A DNA stretch of 63,718 bases, filler included, from Bipalium vagum (taxonomy: Eukaryota): the NCBI GenBank assembly GCA_037834085.1. It is 3 parts of 3 records of this genome, joined end to end, with 100 filler letters (N's around TTAATTAATTAA, not from the genome) between each part and the next. Parts side by side here need not be neighbours in the genome. Positions count along the whole stretch, not along the records: positions 1 to 31,637 come from JBBMKC010249170.1; 2 more parts are not named here. One strand, written 5' to 3'. Shown here one piece after another: positions 10,301 through 25,119 of this stretch; the first letter of the stretch is position 1; each line of letters begins with the position of its first letter. The notes below the pieces were generated by a model, which made no database searches, had not been told where the DNA came from, and saw only the letters and a program-made list of their open reading frames with translations. The translations under genes and the position numbers were made by a program.

Positions 10301-11077
10301 TGAAATTCTAAAGAAGGTCTAAAATATTTGAAAGAATTAGAAAGCAATCTTGAATTAAAATATTATAAATTTAACAAATATTTTATATCATTTGTTGAAA
10401 CACCCAAACAATGGCAAATTGAATAACACAATCACATTCACAGATTTTAAAACAATTGAAAGTAATAACAAAATTTTAAATGGTGCTATCACAAAAATAA
10501 AAAATCAAAATAAAGACCTTCATAAATTAATAAATAATATTAAAAAAATTAAAAATTATTTTCGCAGTTGATGATTATAAAAACATTTGTGAAAAAATTA
10601 CACATAGTTTGTTGGTATTCTTAAAAATCTTAGAAATCTTCAACAACAGATTTTATAAATTCTATAAACTTAGAAATCAATAAAACCTAGTTAAAGTATT
10701 TGATTGGAGAAAAAAAATAGAATTTACAATAATATTAGTTGCAGAAAAAAATGAATACAAACAATAATATGTAAATTTTGAAACATCAAATAATTATATA
10801 ATAATTATTTATGATAAAATAATTTTTTTATAAGAAAAATCTGGATTGAGAAATTTATTAATGATTTCTTTTACTTTTTTCTAAAATAAATTGAATCATA
10901 CTTTTTAATTTTTTTTATTCATAATATTTATTTTGTATATATCTTTAAAAGAAATTTTAAAATTTGTAAAATTATAGGATTTTCCTTTCCAAAAAATAAA
11001 AATTTCACTCAAAACAATTTTTAAAAAAATCCATTTTCTAAGAAAAAAAATTGATTGGTGAATATAAAAATAGGGGT

Positions 11078-12380
11078 ATAAATAAATAAAAAGGGACTTT
11101 TTTAGAACATAAATAAATTTAATGTAATATACACAAATGATTTAAATAACTTATATTAACTTATTAAGCAAATCAAGATCTTTAATGATAAATAACAAAA
11201 GGATAAACATATCAGTATTATTATATTATTTAATTATTTTGAAATGACTCAAGAATCGTATTGTAAATGTTTACAATAAAAAAATACATTTAATGGAAAC
11301 CTTTGTTGCTAAGCATTTCACTGATGAATGCATACACAAATCAATTGTTTACTGGCTATTATCGTGTTTTGAAAAGAGTGATAACAGTGAAAGAAATAAA
11401 GGAAATGGTCGTCAACCCAAAATTGCGACGAAATTTCACCTGAAATGGTTAGGAAAACGTTAAACAATACCTGTTAAATTGGTCAATATTGGTTATTAAA
11501 ACTATGAAATGTTCTCAGCCATAGGTTTCAATTATGTTAAAGAAACATACAGAGATCCAGTGATTTAAGAAAAGTACAGAACTAAAACGATCACCATTAC
11601 AGCTTAAATAAATGAGGCCTAAATGCCGAAATCTTTACAATACCTAAAAAAATTTTATTTTTATTTTAGATGATGAATCATATTTTACGTAATCCAACAG
11701 TACACTACCTAGAAATCACTACTATTATTCGAATAAAGTGAAAGCCACTCCGGATCATGTTAAACATTAATGAGAGTTCAAATATGAAGAAAACGCATTG
11801 GTTTGGATAGCTTTTTCATCTTTAGGTGTTTTCAAATTTTGTGTCGTCATAGCAGGCAATTAACCAAGATATGTACCTTAATGAATACATAAAATGTCGG
11901 TTAATGCCATTCAACAAGATACACGATAATTATGTATTTTGGTCTGATCTAGTTTCATCTCACTAATCAAATGAGGTCCAGAAGTACCTTAGAGATGAAA
12001 ACCTGAATTTTATTGAAAAATTAGATAACCTGGCAAATGTTCCTGAAGCGCAGCTTATTGAATATTTTTTGGTAGATTTGAGGCGTGCTGTATATAATAA
12101 GAATTGGAAAGCTCAAAAGTTTTCAGAAACTTCAATAAAGAATATCTTATTGTTTAAAAAAATGAATCTGAAGAATATACAAAAGGTTTATACAAGGACG
12201 TCAGAGGTTTATCATAGACTGGACTATATAGCGAGGATTGAGGTTAACAAAAAATGTTAACTTTTTTGCATAAATACAAAATTTTATGACGACTTCAAAT
12301 CTTTAAACGATTTTCTAATATCTTGATCCATTTATTATTTTTTAAAACTTCAAAAAAGTCCCATTTTTATTTATAGGGTG
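11078..12380 (+). mobile_element. Tc1/mariner superfamily DD37E-type transposon, degraded
   Basis: Imperfect TIRs (taaataaaaagggactttttt / aaaaaagtcccatttttatttata). Transposase fragments FILDDESYF, LVWIA and FWSDLVSSH*...NVPEAQLIE, with 37 residues between the second D and E (11947-12062). Confidence 0.8.
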
Positions 12381-12805
12381 TTATATAAAAATAAGGGTAT
12401 ATATAAATATTGGTATTCCAGAAATGCGATTTTAGGGACTCTTTCGATGTATCCTTAACTACTGCAGTTTTTCATTGAAATCGTTATATTTTATTATTAG
12501 GTGTTGATTTGTTTTATGTTTATTTTCATGTTTTATCATATCTTCATGAAGACTTTTTTTAGAAAGATTTTTTAAAAATTCAAAATATTATTTTTCTTTC
12601 ATTTTTTGGAAAATGAAACGAAAAGTGCTAATTAAAATATTTAGGGTACTATTTTAGTTTAATTTCGAAAATTGATATAATAAAAACGATATAATAAACA
12701 GGTTTTTTAGTTTATTTGTTTCAACTAAAAGTGATTATCATAACTTTTCTTTGTCAACTTAAAGTGAGGGATAAACTATAGTATCCATAGTATATAGTAT
12801 AGTAT

Positions 12806-12989
12806 GATTTTATTTATCAAACTGTTAAATAGCAGAATAACTCCTTTCATTAAATTCTAGTTTCTAAAAAATAAATAAATAATAATTTATTAGGAAATAT
12901 TAAATTAAATATATAACAATCATATTTGATCATTCAAATTATGTGCTTCTTAGTCAACATTAAAACACATTTGAAAAGATTCTAATATA

Positions 12990-13032
<43 letters not shown>

Positions 13033-13760
13033 GTATAAGATTCAATAAGTGAATAAAATATTTTTTTTAATTGTAATAATATATCTGATTCGACTGTAAA
13101 AAATTGTTTGATTGTTAGTCAGTGTTACTTTCATTAAATAATGTAAATTCAAAATTGAAAATATTTTAAAGTGAATTTTCTAAAAATTTTCTTAGATAAA
13201 ATAATATTTTATTTATATATTTTAGTTATAATATTTAAATTTATATAAAAATTTTCTTAATAAAAACTAATTTATGTAATACTTTATATTACATTATTAT
13301 GTAACTGAAAGTAAAACTGCAACAAAATATAAAAAAGTTCCATATGTTCAAAATGGAAAATTTATAAAATTTTAAGTCCAAAAATTATAGTAACATTACA
13401 AAAAGAAATATTATATAAAATAAATTGACATTTTCAAGTTATCTCATTTTTATTATTATTAGGAAATTATTATTGTTTGAGAAAGATATTTAGCAACTTA
13501 GAGACTGTTATCAATATTTCACACTACACAGCTACAATCACGACAATGACAGTCATGGATGATACTGGCAGAGCCAATGACTGAAAGATTGCTATTAATT
13601 CTGGAATCGTGGAGCTCCACGTTAAAGGTTGAACACATGTTCATGGCAGAGTCGTCCTCAGTGGATACCCTGTTATCATTAGTGGCAATGGGATATTGAC
13701 TATCTTTCTAACACTTCCAAACGGTTCTTATGTCGTCAACATTAACAATTTTTTTTCGAT
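12806..13760. repeat. Segmental duplication copy 2 of 7261-8240
   Basis: Direct repeat of the DHX8 start, upstream region and GC-richer segment. It breaks off at a (tatag)n tract near 12790, and its ATT tract is expanded (12993-13032). Confidence 0.9.
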
Positions 13761-13876
13761 CTTGTTCCTCCTTTTCAGCCTCATTCACATATTCTCGACC
13801 ATGTTGGTGTTGGATTGGGAGTTGGGATCCACAAAGTTATAAGACAATTTAAAATATAACCATAAAAAATGTTTCA

Positions 13877-16270
<2,394 letters not shown>

Positions 16271-16619
16271 TTAATTATGAAAACCTAAAAAAGTGAAAAT
16301 TACATTTCATTTATTATTTTTCAATTTTAATTTAATTTAGAAAATTAATTGTCAAACTGATATTATTTTATTAACAATATTAATTTTAAATTTTTTATTA
16401 TATTAATTTAGCGAAATTAAAAACTGTAAATAATATATTTAATAATGTGAACTTTTTATTATAATTTCATGAAAATGAGCTTTGTTAAAGTGGCGAATTA
16501 ATGAATAAAGTTAATTAATTTATCATGTTTTATTAAAAAAATTTCTTAAATTAATATTAAATAAAATATATTATTAATTAATATTAAATTAATTGAAACA
16601 ACTAAGATGTCATTTAATT

Positions 16620-17490
16620 TAACTTATTTATAATGATGATGTTAGGTTTTGTTGGGCATTTTCAATCTGAATTTTCTATCATGGTCCTCCTATAATTTCA
16701 CTATTGGGGAATTAGGCTGGTTATTTCTTGACTTTCAAAACATGATCATTCAAATTGGTCTTACATAGTTTTGGTGTGTGCTTTAGTTGATTATATTCTT
16801 GCAAAATAAAATTTTAATCAATTTAATCCAGTTCATTTGGAACAGCACGATGCACTAAAATTGTTCACTTCTTAGAATTTTATTGATCTTGACCAAGTTT
16901 CCAAGTTTAGTGTTTTTAAAACAATTTCATACTCTTACTGATCCATCTCCATGCTTTATTGTTGTACCGCACATTGATCCATCATTCGTTCTTCTGTTTT
17001 TCTACTTACGTTTGTTGTTCTTTTTGATTGGAAAATCTAAAATTTAAACTCACCAGACCATAAAACATTCTTCCATTGTTTCAATGACTAGTTTTGGAAT
17101 TCCCGAGTCCACATAAGTTTCTTTTCTTAACAGTGATTATTTAATTGTAACACACCCAAATAGTCCATTATTTCTTAATCGGCGTTTAACAGTATCAACA
17201 TTAAATATGATTGATCACTTGCTATTCAAATACAATGTCATTTCTGGACCTGTTAGCTTCTTTTTTCGTTATACTGTTTTTGTCTTTTACCTCAAATTAT
17301 TATTTCTATTCGACCTCATCTTCTTCTTGATTTCAGCATACTTGTAGACGAATATCTGTCGACTGTCTGGATATACCACCTTTTGAAAAAGTATTTTCTT
17401 TTGTAATGCGATGAAAAGTATATTCAATTTTTCGTAATGTAATGATGGCACTACTTTTTCTGTTTATAACTCTTTGATAGCTGTCATTGT
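16620..17490 (-). mobile_element. Tc1-like transposase remnant
   Basis: Minus-strand fragments TTIKHGDGSVRV*NCF (consensus TVKHGGGSVMVWGCF), KHTPKLCK and a decayed WPxQSP/IExLW region. Confidence 0.7.
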
Positions 17491-18012
17491 AAAATCCTTT
17501 TACAAATTTTTAGTCAATTCATTTCTAGCCAAATGCATAAATGTCGAAAAATTTAATTTCTCATAATTTTAAAACAAATGTAAATAAATATATTTTTAAA
17601 AAGTAATTTTTTTGGAATTTTTTGGTATAAATAAAAAAAATTTCGGAAATAGAGCTTATTTGTTGTTTTTCTCGCTAATATAACCTGGACTAATCCCGCT
17701 CTTAGTACAATTCATGGGCAGTGATTATTATCATTTCAATCGAAGCCAGATCCTATTCTTTATCAACACTGGAATTATTCTAATAGAATTATATTTCTAT
17801 ATTTTATAAATTTTTTGGTTGGAAATAGTTTTGTAAATGTGTATAAATCATATTTGTAAATTCTTATTGTGACAAGTTCAATCATGTGCAAAAGCACATA
17901 AATAATTAATTCTTTTAATAATTTTTCTTTATTTCGTAAATTAGTTGTAAACTATATTCAAAATAATTAAATAAGTAAAATAGGTAACATTTTATTTTAT
18001 AATAATAATAAA

Positions 18013-19235
18013 TTAGGTTGGTGCAAAAATAATGCATCTATTATAACTTCAAACTTAGCATATCATAAGTCGGACCAAACAAACATTTATTAATCAAAGT
18101 AACATCCTTTTGATTTCACACATTTCTGCCAACGCAAAATTGATACCGGAAACAGAAATCCATTTGTGTGCACCTCACAAATTCCAAGAAGACGTTTTTA
18201 GCGTCGGCTCGGTTGTTACAGCACTTACCTTGAAGGATGTTTTGTAGATGTTTGAAAAAGTGGAAGTCTGTTGGTGCTAAGTCCGGGGAATATGGAGGAT
18301 GGGGCAGAATTTCGTAACCCAGTTCGTTAAATTTCTGCAAGGTTGATATTGCGATGTATAGTCTGGCATTATCCTGAAGAATGATTGGTCCTTTTCTGTT
18401 TACCAAAGCTGGACTCAAAATTTGTAATTTTTTCGTGCAGATCGTTGACTTGCTGACAAAAACTGTTGGACGTAATCGTTTTTCCAGGATCCAGGAAATT
18501 GAAATGAATCAAATCATGTTAATTACCTTTTTTTGTTTCAGTTTTTGTTTCGGAAAGGTTTTTGGAGGTTCACTTTTGTCCAGCCATTGACCAGAGTGTT
18601 GCCTATTATCGTATAAGATCCATTTCTCATCAAATGTTACAATTCTATTGAGAAATAGATCGTTCTTGTTACGGAAGAGAAGGGAAGATGCAACTTTAAA
18701 GCGACGTATTTTTTGGTTTGCATTGAGCTCTTGTGGCACCCAGCTTCTTCACTTTTTCAATTTGTCCGAGGAGTCTCACAATTGTTGAATAGTGAACCTG
18801 AAGTTCTTTTGCAACTTCTCTTGTGGTTTTCCTTGAATCAGATTCGATGGCAGCCTCTAATTGATCATTTTCTACAGTTGATGGACGGCCACGACCTTCT
18901 TTATCCTCCAGGCTATAATTATTGTTTTCAAACTTTAAGAACCAACGATGAACTGTTGTTTTGCTTACGCTTCCTATCCCCCATACTGCATTTATGTTTC
19001 GTGCTGTTTTCGCAGCGCTTCTGCCTAGCTTGAACTATAAAACTATATTTTACGAAGTTCTTTTTCGACATCTAAAACACATAGTTTTCATTTCTAAATA
19101 AATTATGAAATATTTAAATTTAAAAAGTGAATATTACTAAGAATAACAATTAGATTTTAAAAAGTGTATTGTTTAGTTTAAAAAATGCTTTAGTTAAACA
19201 ATGAAAAAATATGCATTATTTTTGAACCAACCTAA
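18013..19235 (-). mobile_element. mariner (DD34D, cecropia/Hsmar1-like) full-length degraded element
   Basis: TIRs ttaggttggtgcaaaaataatgcat (18013-18037) and atgcattatttttgaaccaacctaa (19211-19235), followed by TA. Motifs WVPQEL, IVTFDEKWILYDN, LQDNAR, HPPYSPDLAPTDFHFF. Confidence 0.93.
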
Positions 19236-19335
19236 TATTTATGTTTTTAAAAATTTTAATTATTATTATTTTATTTTATACTTTTTACTGATCTTTATTT
19301 TTTTACATCGATTATAACTTATCTGAGTTGTCTAT

Positions 19336-20222
19336 TTAAACTAAAATAAATAAAGATGATACAACAATCCTTTTTTCGTTTAATACAAAAATCATATATA
19401 TTATAGGTATATGTAATATTTTTTTTATAATTTTTTCTTTCTTAATAAAATTTTGTGATTGATCCAATTGTACCACAGGTATTCCAGAGAAAAATTCTTT
19501 ACTCGAAACTTGGCGTGTATCTGCTGGTACGTTTGTTTCATCATCCATGAGACAAAACACATTTCAACCAGATAGTACTACTTTACTGTAAATATGATTG
19601 CTTCCTTTTCGTGATCTTTGTTAGTTGAAAATTTGTCGGAGATACCGGGATGCGACTTTTTACATTTTACTGTTCTGACCTCTGAGGTAAATCCGGCGAC
19701 TAATTTTCAATTTATCTCACAATCTTATTTTTTTGATTTATGATATACCTTGGTTTCTCCTTTTTAGTGTATACTTTCATTGTCTGTTTTATTCTGTGAA
19801 TAATGACTATCCATATTTTCACTAGCGTTTAAAACCAATTTTGACGTATTATTTAAGTATATAGGTCTTATCCTGTTTTAGTTTAGTTCAGTATTTATTG
19901 TTAATGGATGACCATGTTTCTTCTAAATTCTATATAACCTTCATCTGTGAATTGCTTTAATATAATTTGAATCAATCTTTTGTGCACGTTTTTCACAGAA
20001 AAATGCTCAATAGTCAGTTTTCGATTTCTATAATTACCTCTGAAAAATTCAATAATATGGTTGGCTCTTTTTTGATAAAATTTCATGCTCAATTCTACTA
20101 AAGAGTATTATATACAGTAAAAGCCCACTTAATTTTCTATAAAATAAAAATCACCAATCATTAAGTTAATAATGGTAAAAATTATTATTATTTAAAGTTT
20201 GCTCCATTCTTTTTGTAACAGT
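19336..20222 (-). mobile_element. Tc1/mariner (DD37E-like) remnant, 5' part
   Basis: N-terminal HTH-like ORF 19901-20092 and a CLMDDETNV first-D motif (ORF 19336-19560). TIR-like end near 20200-20222. Confidence 0.5.
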
Positions 20223-21770
20223 ATATTTTAAATATAGCAGTAATATAGATGCTTTTAGATATTAATAAAGTTAATTGAAAGGATGAGTGCAAAAAAATCT
20301 CTCCATAACAGTTAGATAATGAACTTGTTCACAATATTATACTTACTTTTTATTTTTTGGTCCACCATACAACCTTAGATCAGTACTAACATGATATGGT
20401 AGCTTTTGAATTTTTACTTTGTTGCTTTGAGTGTACAGTATCAAAACTACCTTCTTAAATCGTTTCCTGCTTTAATTTTCTTTAATATGTTAATCAATAT
20501 AAAAAGGTTTATTCTCAATTTAGAAAATAAATAAAAAGTTCCTAGAAAATGATAGTTTCGCAGTACATATACATTATACAATTCAGTGTACTGTACGCAG
20601 CAATTTTCTTTTTGTATTTTATGCTTGTTTGGTCCAACTTTTTGGCAAACAGCAACCAATTCTGCACTATTTGATATTGATTCACTCCCTCCATAATAAG
20701 AAATCGTATAAGGTCGTATAATAAGACTCCTATCAATATTTTAGCTTTTAAATGAAAACATGGGTTAATAAATTGAGAATATTTTATATACCTAAATAAA
20801 CAAAAGTACATTGTGAAAAAATCTAATTTACTTTATTTTTTCTACACTAGTGACAATACTTATTAGGCGCACCCCTTATTCTTACTTCTCATTCTCCAGT
20901 ACCAGGAAAGTTATCGTCAGATAATCTACTTTGAATCGAAAGAGGTTAAAAGGTCTCTTGAATATTTTCTATCTACTCAATATTGTTCGTATTATCCCTA
21001 AGTGACAGTGAAGAATCGAAGAAAAAACTAGAACAACCACGTTTCAGATTCCAAGGTATCTATAATCAACTGGTTTGACATCACATCACCTCATGACCTT
21101 CATCAACTCGGAGGATAATGGAAATATCAGCGTCATTGACTTTATAATAAAGGAACTAAATAGGTATAATTATACTTTACTTTCTGAATGTCAACCTAGA
21201 CTACTGGGATATGATAAATTGATCATAAGTTAAATATTACTTTCTCTATTCTTTCTTACACAGCTTCATGGAATTCACAGAGTTGTGTTGGAGTGTAAAT
21301 GACGATTTGTTTATCCCGATTCTCACCTCGTTCAGATCTTCTACATCATCATCATCATTATTACTGTTTTCTACCTTAGTGATGAAAAACCCCCGTAAAT
21401 CTGCTATTCCTTCAATTCTGGTTCCCGTTGGGCGTCAGGTCAGACAAAAAATCCAGAACGCTCTAGGAGTCGGTTGAATCAAATAGTTGATGGGACTTGA
21501 AATTGAAAATTGCCATATTAAAAATTAATGATGTTTTTAATCATAATTTCTGCAAGTTAAAAAGTTGAAAAAGTTTAATTTTGAGGATTATATCTGACGA
21601 TTCGGGCAGTTAACAAGACGAACAATTTTGACCTTTTCTATCAAATGGGAAATGCAGACAAACTTTCATTATTATTAGTAATCACAACGGTGACAATGGA
21701 GAAATTGAAAGAAAAATTCCATCGGAAACATTCTTTAGCTATTTCACGCCAACCAAATTCGGGACTTGGT

Positions 21771-24700
21771 CTAATCAGTGTCCAAGTTGGAGGTCTTCGA
21801 TTTCGGATCACGACTGGACATAATTTCTTGGATTTTCAAATATCTTTCGTCGGATTCATCAAACTTATTGCCCTGAAGAGAGAGGAATTAATGTTATATT
21901 TACGCATTAATTAAAATAAAGTCAGTCATGCATTCAGTCAACTGAATCACTTGTTCCCATTGCCACAAAGTTCTTTTAAGACTACTAATTCAGAAATATT
22001 CTTAATTATATTAGTTATTATTTATTTATGTATATTATTTTTTTTAATATTCTTATAATATTAATTATTTATTTATGACAGCAATTTAATTTTGTATAAT
22101 ATTATTTATATTTATTATTTATTAAAGAAATTAAATTTAAGCATCAAGGACTTTTGATGGCAATAAGTCCTTCGACTATTTCAAAACTTTCTCCTTAAAG
22201 GCGTTAAAGAACTTCATTTGAAAAACCCTCTATAAATGACATTCACCATTCATCAGTGACATCTGCTAATTCATAAACCCCAGACCGGTTACTATACTAT
22301 TTATAAATATTTGTTGCAATAACAAAAATATTTTGTACGATGAAGAGAAAGTTAAAAATTAATTAAATTCTGATTTTGAAATTAAATTACTCTGACTGAC
22401 AAATGAGACTAAATAAAAATAATCTGCCCAAATGTTGACTTGATGGTGATGATTACCGGAGAGAAATGCATCAGCGTCAGCTATCAGGGGGATAAGAAAG
22501 AAGGCAGGGGGTTGATTAATTTTAAACGAAGTTAGGTCCATCAACAGATAAAGTTGATATAAAATAAATATTTGGGTCAAACCAGTTACCTTGTGAAGTC
22601 AAGAAATCAAGCACTGTTTTAAATTAAACGTTACTTCCCAAGACGACATCTGGTTTCAGTACAACCCATTCCGCGATCTATGAAACATAGATGAATTATA
22701 TTTCACACATCTTCTACATATTTAAAGAAGATGAATAAAGAAAGTGCAAGAAAGATAATATTGCAAGACTCTAATTCTTTCCATTTTGTTTTCTTTTTTA
22801 GGCCTTTTCAAATTATTTGTGGTTAAGTTATTGTAATAATAATAAGAAGATTAATAATATTAATAATAATTATTATTATTATTCAGAAAAAAATTGATTA
22901 TTTTCAATCATTATATTTGGCACATTTGTTGAAAAATAGAACAAAATCGCTTTGGTTGAATAGGAAATATGGAATTTTTATATGATAAAAGTTATAAGTA
23001 CGTACAATAATAATTGTTTAGAATGAAATTTGATTTAACTGTCGCATTTACAAGTTGCTTTATTTTCTGAAAACCTGGAAACTATGACATTTCAAGAACC
23101 CACTGCTTTGCGACTTATCAAGATCATCAGGATATCACCTCTAAGACCGAACGCTTTGCAGTCTGTTTGGTACTTGGATAGCTGGATCGGATCATTGAGA
23201 CCAGGATTGTCGCAGGTTTATGTTCTTGGTATGAGAGAAAGAAAATCTCGTTGTTATTGGACTTTGTGGTCTTATAGTCCCATTGCCACTGCATAAAAAG
23301 GTCTCAATGTGTGTGCTGGATTTGTAGGTATGTGCGGCAAATATCATCTCCTGGTTGTCAGAAAATTCTCAGAAAATGTGACAGTTAAATCAAAATAGAT
23401 CCATTGTTTAATTTTTAATTTAATAATTTTTTCATGTTTTAAGTTGTTTAAATCAGCATACCTGAAGGAATAGCTTCAGAAGACCAGTTTTGTTGATTTT
23501 TGAAGTGGCTATAAACGAGGACTGATAGGAAACTGCAGTAACCAACTCTTCCAAGCCTTCTGTTGATATTCTATTTCCTATTATCATTTAAGTACCCTGT
23601 TTGCAAAGGTCAACTTACGTGACAAATTTAGTACTAGCAGCACGTAATTTCCAATGATGCACAACTTTCCAGGCTCAACAGATTCCACCTTGTGAAGGAG
23701 AGGATGGATATTGTCCATATTTTCACTTACACTCTGAGAAAACAAAGACGAATTTCATTATACATTAAACTGATATTTACTTCAGATAAATTGTCTAGCT
23801 GATTTGCTGCTCTCGACAATTTGGAAGACCTACCAACTTTCGTTTTTGGGGTTGGTTTTGCAGGATCTAACGCACCTGTAGGTTACATACGTTAAGGTTC
23901 TTATTAAATAAATACATTTTTATAATAAAAAATCTCATTCAAAACGTTGGAACACTCAAATTTATTTTGATCTTTGGATAAAGTTAATTATGTAAAATTA
24001 AAGAATTCCGTGAATGATCAGGAGTCCATAATTACAAACAATTTTAAAATTTTCTAATTAAAAATCATTTTTAATATTTAAGTTTTGTATGAAATTTTCT
24101 TTAGGTTAATTTCAAAAAAAGAGTTTACTTTTCTTATGTAAAATATTACCACAGAAATAATAATGCAAATAAGATAACAATAGTAAATAAAATAATAATT
24201 AAAAATAATAGTAAATAAAAATAACAACAATAATAATAACAATAGTCATATAATTAGAAAAAGGAAATATGAAACAAAACAAAAGAAAATTTAAAGATTT
24301 ATTTTAAAATAAAATGTTATGAAAGACTAAAAAAGTTATTGAAGGAATTTATTTAACTATTTAATTTTATTTATTTTTATTAAATATTTATATGAATTAA
24401 ATTAATTTAAAGGCAATTTTAATTTTTTAAATTTACAATTATAAATTTGATTTATTCGGAAAAAATTAATTAATAAAATTTATTAAAACTGATTAATATT
24501 TCCTATTATTTTTATATTTTTAAATGAATCATTTACCTTTCTTAGCCGGGAGGGTTTTTTCTTCTTTTTTGTTTTTCGCTGGTGCTTTCTCATGCTTTTC
24601 TTCCTTGACTTCCTATTAAAATTCAGTTGTACATTATAAATATTTAATAAATTTTATAAATATTGGAACTAAACCTTACAAAAATAAAAAAATATTAAAA

Positions 24701-25057
24701 TTTAAAGAGAATGAATTTTAATACTTAAATAATATAATATTATATAATAATTTAAAATCATTTATTATAATACTCAATAATATTAATTATAATATTAATA
24801 TTATAATATTATAATATTATAATAATAAAATCAAAGATAATTAAATATAAAAATATTATAATTAAGTAATTATTTAGTTAATATTATTTATTATAATATT
24901 ATAATGATATAGTATTAAAAAATATATTATTTAAATAGTATAATATTATTATGTAAATAAAGTAATATTTAATATTTAAAGAGAATAATGTTTGCACAAA
25001 AATAAATTTTGTTCTCATTATGAATTTAATATAGTTTATAATTAGCTAAAAATTTTA

Positions 25058-25119
<62 letters not shown>

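Noticed and set aside
13519-13545. Apparent CaaX prenylation motif at the end of the unknown segment (DCSCVV*)
   Set aside because: The cysteines are at -3 and -5, not -4, and the reading frame itself is unproven.
22440-22560. Possible C/D snoRNA (gtgatga box C) in an LRRC71 intron
   Set aside because: Antisense to the host gene, with no suitably placed box D or terminal stem.
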